The translations under genes and the position numbers were made by a program. A DNA stretch of 64,000 bases, from the NCBI GenBank assembly GCA_003228095.2, contig QGNM01000003.1, positions 1,241 through 65,240 of the forward strand, written 5' to 3'. The notes beneath the pieces are model-generated. The model saw nothing but the letters and a program-made list of their open reading frames with translations. It was not told the DNA's origin and did no database searches. The stretch comes from Chloroflexota bacterium. Its GTDB lineage: Bacteria > Chloroflexota > Dehalococcoidia > Lucifugimonadales > UBA2962. Shown one piece after another: positions 58,581 through 64,000 of the stretch; within the stretch, counting starts at the first letter, position 1; every line of letters starts with the position of its first letter.

Positions 58581-59273
58581 GTGATAAAGAACAATATTAA
58601 ATTTGATGAAATAGAAGCTAAACTTGGATTCAACTTTAAAAACCGTGACCTATTAAGAATGGCCTTAACTCATCCCTCTGCTACTAATGAAATGGGCGTT
58701 AAACGCAACGAATCGAATCAGAGAATGGAATTCTTGGGGGATGCAGTCTTAGATTTGATAATGGCTAATTATCTTTATGAAAAACATGAAGAATGGAATG
58801 AAGGAGAATTAACTGTAGAATCGGATAAGTTAGTTAATGGAGCTACTTTGGCTAAAATAGCAGCAGAAATTAATTTAGGCCGATATTTAATTCTTGGAAA
58901 AGGACTGATATCTCAATCTGGGAGAGATAACCCTTCAATACTTGCAGCAGCATTTGAAGCGATAGTGGCTGCAGTTTTCATTGAAGGTGGTTATGAAATG
59001 GCACATAAGATGGTTGTACAGCTGTATAGTAAATATCTTTATGTGCGTGAAGAGGTTGAGAATAGCAAGAAATATTTGCAGGAGTATTTACAAAGCCGAG
59101 GCAGCCCTATACCTGAATATAGAACAGTCGAGTCTACTGGAAAACCGCATGAGCTAACATTTTTTGTTGAGGTAGTGATAAATGAACAAGTCATGGGGGT
59201 TGGTTCCGGATCGAAGAAAATCGATGCGGAGCAAGAAGCGGCTAATCATGCACTCAAAGCCTTAAAATATTAG
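58581..59273 (+). CDS. rnc: Ribonuclease III
   Basis: ALTHPS, NQRMEFLGDAVL, FEA and a C-terminal dsRBD (K..LQEYLQ, G.SKK.AEQ.AA). Confidence 0.92.
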   Translation: MIKNNIKFDEIEAKLGFNFKNRDLLRMALTHPSATNEMGVKRNESNQRMEFLGDAVLDLIMANYLYEKHEEWNEGELTVESDKLVNGATLAKIAAEINLGRYLILGKGLISQSGRDNPSILAAAFEAIVAAVFIEGGYEMAHKMVVQLYSKYLYVREEVENSKKYLQEYLQSRGSPIPEYRTVESTGKPHELTFFVEVVINEQVMGVGSGSKKIDAEQEAANHALKALKY

Positions 59274-59285
59274 TGTTATAAAACA

Positions 59286-60542
59286 CTAATAATCTATTCC
59301 TGGAACAGGAAATTTTGATGTAAGGTTGATTACATCATTACGAATATCTGAAAGCTTAGAATCATTATTCTTGTTTTTTAATGCCCTAAGAATTAGTTCT
59401 CCTACCAAACAAATATCTTCTCTCAAAAAGCCTCTTGTTGTTATTGCAGGGGTGCCAAGTCTAAGCCCGCTAGTTATTCTTGGTTTTTGAGGGTCATATG
59501 GGATGGCATTTCTATTTGCTGTAATACAAACTTTATCCAATGTTTCTTCTGCGTCTTTGCCAGTTATATTTATCGGCCTTAGATCTACCAGTACCATATG
59601 AGTATCTGTTCCCCCAGAAACAATTCTTAAACCTCCGTTTGCTAAAACATTTGCAAGGGTAACTGCATTTTTAATTACTTGCTCAGAGTATTCTGTAAAT
59701 TTAAGAGTCATTGCTTCACTAAAAGCAACAGCTTTCGCTGCAATTGTGTTTTCGAGAGGCCCACCCTGTACGTTTGGAAATACTCCTCTATCCACATTTT
59801 TTGCATGGATTTCTTTAGATAAAATCATGCCGCCCCTTGGGCCTCTCAGGGTTTTGTGAGTAGTTGAAGTCACCACGTCAGCGTAAGGGATAGGAGAAGG
59901 GTGTACTTTCGCTGCCACCAAACCTGAAACATGAGCCATGTCAACCATTAATATTGCATTTACTTCGTCGGCAACATCGCGGAATTGACTATAGTCAAAT
60001 ATTCTTGGATATGCGGTTGCTCCTGCCACGATAATTTTCGGTTTATGTTGTTTTGCTAATGATAAAACCTCGTCAATATTTACCAGTTCAGTTTCCTTAT
60101 CAACTCCATAAGATACGAAATTGTAATGCTTGCCTGAAAAATTGACCTTACTTCCGTGTGTTAAATGACCTCCTTGATCTAGTCTTAGGCCAAGCACAAC
60201 ATCCCCGGGTTTTAACAGTGAGTGATATACGGCCATATTTGCTTGAGCGCCTGAGTGAGGTTGAACGTTGGCATGTTCCGAATCGAACAGAATCTTGGCT
60301 CTTTGTATGGCTAAATTCTCTACTGTATCGACATGTTCACAACCTCCGTAATAACGCTTTCCCGGATACCCTTCGGCGTATTTATTTGTCATAACCGAAC
60401 CTTGAGCCTGCATGACAGCTTTACTTGCATAATTTTCAGATGCTATTAGATTTATATTTTTTCGTTGACGTTCTTCTTCTTTGCCTATAGCAGAAAAAAT
60501 TTCAGGATCAGATGTTTTTAAGATATTCAATTCCCTCTCCAA
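59286..60542 (-). CDS. glyA: Serine hydroxymethyltransferase
   Basis: [29 protein letters not shown] and [12 protein letters not shown]. Confidence 0.97.
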   Translation of the reverse strand: MERELNILKTSDPEIFSAIGKEEERQRKNINLIASENYASKAVMQAQGSVMTNKYAEGYPGKRYYGGCEHVDTVENLAIQRAKILFDSEHANVQPHSGAQANMAVYHSLLKPGDVVLGLRLDQGGHLTHGSKVNFSGKHYNFVSYGVDKETELVNIDEVLSLAKQHKPKIIVAGATAYPRIFDYSQFRDVADEVNAILMVDMAHVSGLVAAKVHPSPIPYADVVTSTTHKTLRGPRGGMILSKEIHAKNVDRGVFPNVQGGPLENTIAAKAVAFSEAMTLKFTEYSEQVIKNAVTLANVLANGGLRIVSGGTDTHMVLVDLRPINITGKDAEETLDKVCITANRNAIPYDPQKPRITSGLRLGTPAITTRGFLREDICLVGELILRALKNKNNDSKLSDIRNDVINLTSKFPVPGIDY

Positions 60543-60813
60543 TTTAATAAGAAAGTCTTTTTAATTTGTTCATTTGATTTGAAATGATGAAAATACTTGA
60601 GGATGGGTGAAATAAACTAATCAAAACAGAAAAAGAGCAATTATGATTAATATTATCAAGTATAATTCTATGGTTATTTACACTAGTATTCAAGTTGAAT
60701 AATTAAGTTAAGAGCTGGTATAAATTACTTGTGCAATTATTCAATTGCTCTCAATCAATACACAATAATAGCAAAAATTATAAAAACGATATATTTAGAA
60801 ACACTTTTATGGT

Positions 60814-61839
60814 TTGCATATATACGAAAGACTAGGTGAGTCAATTCCACATCTAAATGTTGATGAAGTAAATTTAAATGGAAATTACATTCAGGACCTA
60901 AATGTAAAAGAATGGGACGGCCTGCTTAGTAGATCTGATAGTTCACACATGTTTTTCTCTCATTGGTTTTTAAAATCTTGGTATAAATTACTGGGGCATG
61001 ATCAGGAACTCATAAACTTTGAAATTCGTAAAAATGGTGATTTGGCGGGTGTTGTACCCATCTTAAAAGAGAAATCCTCTTTTATTCTTGGAGGCGATTC
61101 GGAATTATTTGATTATCAACAGCTCATCATTGAAAAGGGGATGGAAAGAGAAGTGATAACCGCTTTTTTTGATTACATATCAGAAAAAGACTGGAAAACG
61201 CTAGAGTTGCCTTCTGTTTCAAATAATTCGCAACAGATAAACATATTGAAGGAAATTGCAAAGGAAAGAAATTATTCAATTGAATCTGAGCAGTCTGCGG
61301 TATCCCCAATATTAGAACTGCCTGATTCATGGGATCTCTATGTCTCATCATTAAGAAAAAAACACAGACATGAATTAAGACGCAAAATTCGGCGTATTGA
61401 AAGCATGGGTCAAGTTCAAAATATATCTGTAACCAAACCATCGGATACTGATATAGATGATTTTTTTAATTTGATGCGCCTGACAAGTGATGCTAAATCA
61501 GCATTCTTAACAAAAAATATTGAAGGTTTTTTTAGATTGTTAATTCAAAATGCATGTGAACGTAATCATTTGAACTTGTCATTTTTAGAGTTTAATTCAA
61601 AAAGAGTTGCAGGGTGCTTGGTTTTCGATTATCAAAATGATTTTATGCTTTACAATAGCGGTTACGATGCTTCGAATCGTGAGCTTAGCGCTGGCCTTAT
61701 TAACAAAGCCTATACAATAAAACAAGCAATTGAACTTGGCAGATCAAGATTTAACTTCCTGAAGGGTTCCGAGCGCTACAAATATGAATTGGGTGGTGTT
61801 GATGAACCAATTCATAACATTTTGATAATTAGAAATTAG
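60814..61839 (+). CDS. FemAB-like / CelD-BcsL-type double-GNAT protein
   Basis: W..LL......F....L..W, DY, LP.SWD.Y..SL.KK.R.ELRRK.RR, YNSGYD, LSAG and FNFLKG.E.YK. Start codon uncertain. Confidence 0.8.
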   Translation: MHIYERLGESIPHLNVDEVNLNGNYIQDLNVKEWDGLLSRSDSSHMFFSHWFLKSWYKLLGHDQELINFEIRKNGDLAGVVPILKEKSSFILGGDSELFDYQQLIIEKGMEREVITAFFDYISEKDWKTLELPSVSNNSQQINILKEIAKERNYSIESEQSAVSPILELPDSWDLYVSSLRKKHRHELRRKIRRIESMGQVQNISVTKPSDTDIDDFFNLMRLTSDAKSAFLTKNIEGFFRLLIQNACERNHLNLSFLEFNSKRVAGCLVFDYQNDFMLYNSGYDASNRELSAGLINKAYTIKQAIELGRSRFNFLKGSERYKYELGGVDEPIHNILIIRN

Positions 61840-61908
61840 AATTACGCTCAATAATAGATTTAAAAGTTGATCTCAACGTGATTAATATTTGGAAAAGAGG
61901 ACTCTTGT

Positions 61909-63156
61909 TTGAAATATAGAGTAGCGTTTCTTAGTTTGCATGGGTGTCCGGTGGCGCGTTTAGGTGAGAAAGACACTGGTGGCATGAATGTATATCTAAA
62001 AGAAACGGCAAAACACCTTGGAAAGTTAGGTATAAAGACTGACGTCTATACCCGTGTTCATGATCTTAATGATGAAGAAATTATTTCATTAGGAATTAAC
62101 GCTAGGGTAATTCATATAAAAGCAGGCGAACTCAGCCATACAAAGGAAGATTTATATCATACTGGGCCGGAATTTGTGGGAAACATTTTACGTTTTCAAA
62201 AAAGAGAAAACATTGAATATGATTTAGTTCACGCTCACTATTGGTTATCTGGGTATCCTGGGATTGAATTATCCAAATTGTGGGCTTCTCCTCTTGTGTC
62301 AACTTTTCATACGTTAGCTAAATTAAAATTGAAAGCAAAAGTAGGGGAAAAAGAATCTGAGCACAGGATTTCTAGTGAGAGCGAAACAATTCTCAAATCT
62401 CACGGAATTGTTGTTTCGACTGAATCCGAAGTTAGCGATATAAAAGAACTATATTTTAAGGTTAATGAAAATTCCACTAACTTTAAAATCAGGGTTATAT
62501 CTCCTGGAGTAGATCTTGACGTCTTTAAACCTGGAGACCGTTCGGCAGCAAGAAATAAGTTGGGATTAACGAAAGCAAAAATGGTTTTGTATGCCGGTAG
62601 GTTAGAGCCGCTGAAAGGTATAGATATAGCTATAGAAGCGGTTTCAAAGCTTGATACTCAGGAGATAGTGAATTTGACAGTTGTTGGAGGAGATTCAACA
62701 TCTGAAGATATTGTCCTTGAATTAAAGAGCCTAGCAGGGTCTTTGGGAATTTCTGAAAGAGTTAAATTCATTGGATCAATTAGTCAATCAGAGTTAGCTG
62801 ATTATTACAGAGCAGCTGATGTTTTGATATTCCCTTCATATTATGAAAGTTTTGGATTAGTAGCACTTGAGGCCATGGCGTCTGGAATCCCAGTAGTTGC
62901 GTCACGAGTTGGTGGTTTAATGGATCTAATAAAGAATGGCGAAGCCGGTTATTTAGTTCCGTTTAGGTGTGCTGAGTCATTTGCTGAGAAGCTTGAAGTA
63001 ATATTGGCAAATCCTTCATTACAAGAAGCTATGGGAGAATCAGCAAACGCAATTGCAATGAAGTGTGGATGGGAAGATGTGGCTAAAAATCTAGCTAAAT
63101 TTTATATGTCTCTGTCTAGTGAATTTAGTTTGAAGTTAAAAAAGTCATCAAAATAG
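61909..63156 (+). CDS. mshA: GT4 glycosyltransferase, MshA-like (D-inositol-3-phosphate glycosyltransferase)
   Basis: SLHGCP.A.LG.KDTGGMNVY, HAHYWLSG, TFHTLAK.K, PGVD, GRLEPLKG and ESFGLVALEA. Confidence 0.75.
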   Translation: MKYRVAFLSLHGCPVARLGEKDTGGMNVYLKETAKHLGKLGIKTDVYTRVHDLNDEEIISLGINARVIHIKAGELSHTKEDLYHTGPEFVGNILRFQKRENIEYDLVHAHYWLSGYPGIELSKLWASPLVSTFHTLAKLKLKAKVGEKESEHRISSESETILKSHGIVVSTESEVSDIKELYFKVNENSTNFKIRVISPGVDLDVFKPGDRSAARNKLGLTKAKMVLYAGRLEPLKGIDIAIEAVSKLDTQEIVNLTVVGGDSTSEDIVLELKSLAGSLGISERVKFIGSISQSELADYYRAADVLIFPSYYESFGLVALEAMASGIPVVASRVGGLMDLIKNGEAGYLVPFRCAESFAEKLEVILANPSLQEAMGESANAIAMKCGWEDVAKNLAKFYMSLSSEFSLKLKKSSK

Positions 63157-63164
63157 TTTAACTT

Positions 63165-63998
63165 TTAATTCGCTAAATTAAGTTCGTACCAAATGGTTTC
63201 TTCCAGTAATTCAAAACCTAATGACAGATATAATTCCCTAGCTGGCATGTTGTTTGCGTCTACTTCTAGAGTTACATTCGGTATTTTTAAAGAATTCAAG
63301 TAATTGATTCCTGATTGAACAATATAACGCCCCAAGCCTAAACCACGCAATTCAGGATGAATTCCAGTCATTCCGATATATCCATGAGTAGATTTATGCT
63401 TTTTATGTCGATGTGTCCAATTGTAACCCACCATTTTGTTGTTTATATTTTGCAATATAAGGATGCCACCGCTTTCCCAGTCATTCAACCTGGCTTTTGA
63501 ACTAATTTGTTCAACTGTATTTGGGCTGAATCCCCAGCTGTCCATAAATGATATGTTTTGTAATTCTGTAAGAGCTTCTTCATCCTGATCTATATTGAAA
63601 AACCTTAGCTGATATCCGCTTGGAAGCGTATTTTGATGAACCCCATTGTTTTTCTTGGTCAGTTTCCAATACCGCCTAACAGCTGCAAACCCAGCTTGTT
63701 CTAACAGAAACCTCCCAGCATCATTATCAACGGCTACTTGGATATGTAATACTTGAGCATTCAAGTGGCTCGAACGGTCAATCGCTGTCTGTAATAGCTG
63801 TCTGCCGATACCAATTTTTCGGTATTGCGGATTTACAAATAAATTTGAGACGACTCGATGGATTTTAGCTTCATACGCGACACGTAAAACTCCAACAGTA
63901 ATATTATCAATCTCAGCCATAAAGCAATTGTTTTCCGGATCAATATCAGGTTGACTTAAAAATAATTCCTTAGAATTTTCATTGATGTATAGATCGTT
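63165..63998 (-). CDS. Tandem-GNAT acetyltransferase, MshD (mycothiol synthase)-like; 5' end outside window
   Basis: Two GNAT domains (VNPQYRKIGIG; GIHPELRGLGLGR); GYNWTH; LEVDANN.PA..LY..LGF. Frame is open to the window edge. Confidence 0.7.
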   Translation of the reverse strand, partial: NDLYINENSKELFLSQPDIDPENNCFMAEIDNITVGVLRVAYEAKIHRVVSNLFVNPQYRKIGIGRQLLQTAIDRSSHLNAQVLHIQVAVDNDAGRFLLEQAGFAAVRRYWKLTKKNNGVHQNTLPSGYQLRFFNIDQDEEALTELQNISFMDSWGFSPNTVEQISSKARLNDWESGGILILQNINNKMVGYNWTHRHKKHKSTHGYIGMTGIHPELRGLGLGRYIVQSGINYLNSLKIPNVTLEVDANNMPARELYLSLGFELLEETIWYELNLAN

Positions 63999-64000
63999 AT

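Noticed and set aside
58930-58990. RNase III inactive because ADAFEA reads AAAFEA
   Set aside because: The essential EFLGD and FEA acidic residues remain and this Asp position is known to vary, so the evidence is insufficient.
60543-60813. ZTP or glycine riboswitch upstream of glyA
   Set aside because: Very AT-rich with no conserved aptamer motif visible; probably divergent promoters.

Overview
Low-GC bacterial chromosome segment, most consistent with a marine SAR202-type Chloroflexota (Dehalococcoidia). This assignment is inferred from gene content (F420 genes cofC/cofD, DMFase-like protein, extended GreA, many catabolic paralogue families), not from a search. From start to end the window holds: a citrate synthase-prpF-aconitase-metE-like-C69 operon; a catabolic patch (PTE, Zn-ADH, DMFase beta-like, KPR, ThDP enzyme, GGT); redox and sulfur genes; ald, a FAD/FeS oxidoreductase, greA and a frameshift-split polA; a SAM-I riboswitch-controlled SAM-cycle operon; cofCD; tRNA-Lys(CUU); a complete caa3 oxidase cluster with a Rex-like operator; thrS-infC-rpmI-rplT; and rnc, glyA and mycothiol-type genes. 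The strongest finding is a gene truncated by the ORF track. It starts at 57959, has an in-frame UGA at the catalytic Cys position followed by a SECIS-like hairpin, and resembles Rv2466c/mycoredoxin-2. It lies a few kb from mshA-like and mshD-like genes and a FemAB-like GNAT, which suggests a selenocysteine-based, mycothiol-type redox system outside Actinobacteria. Other oddities are an integrase-domain-GreA fusion, a catalytically stripped MtnA remnant and a one-lobed substrate-binding lipoprotein. No CRISPR array or intact mobile element was seen.
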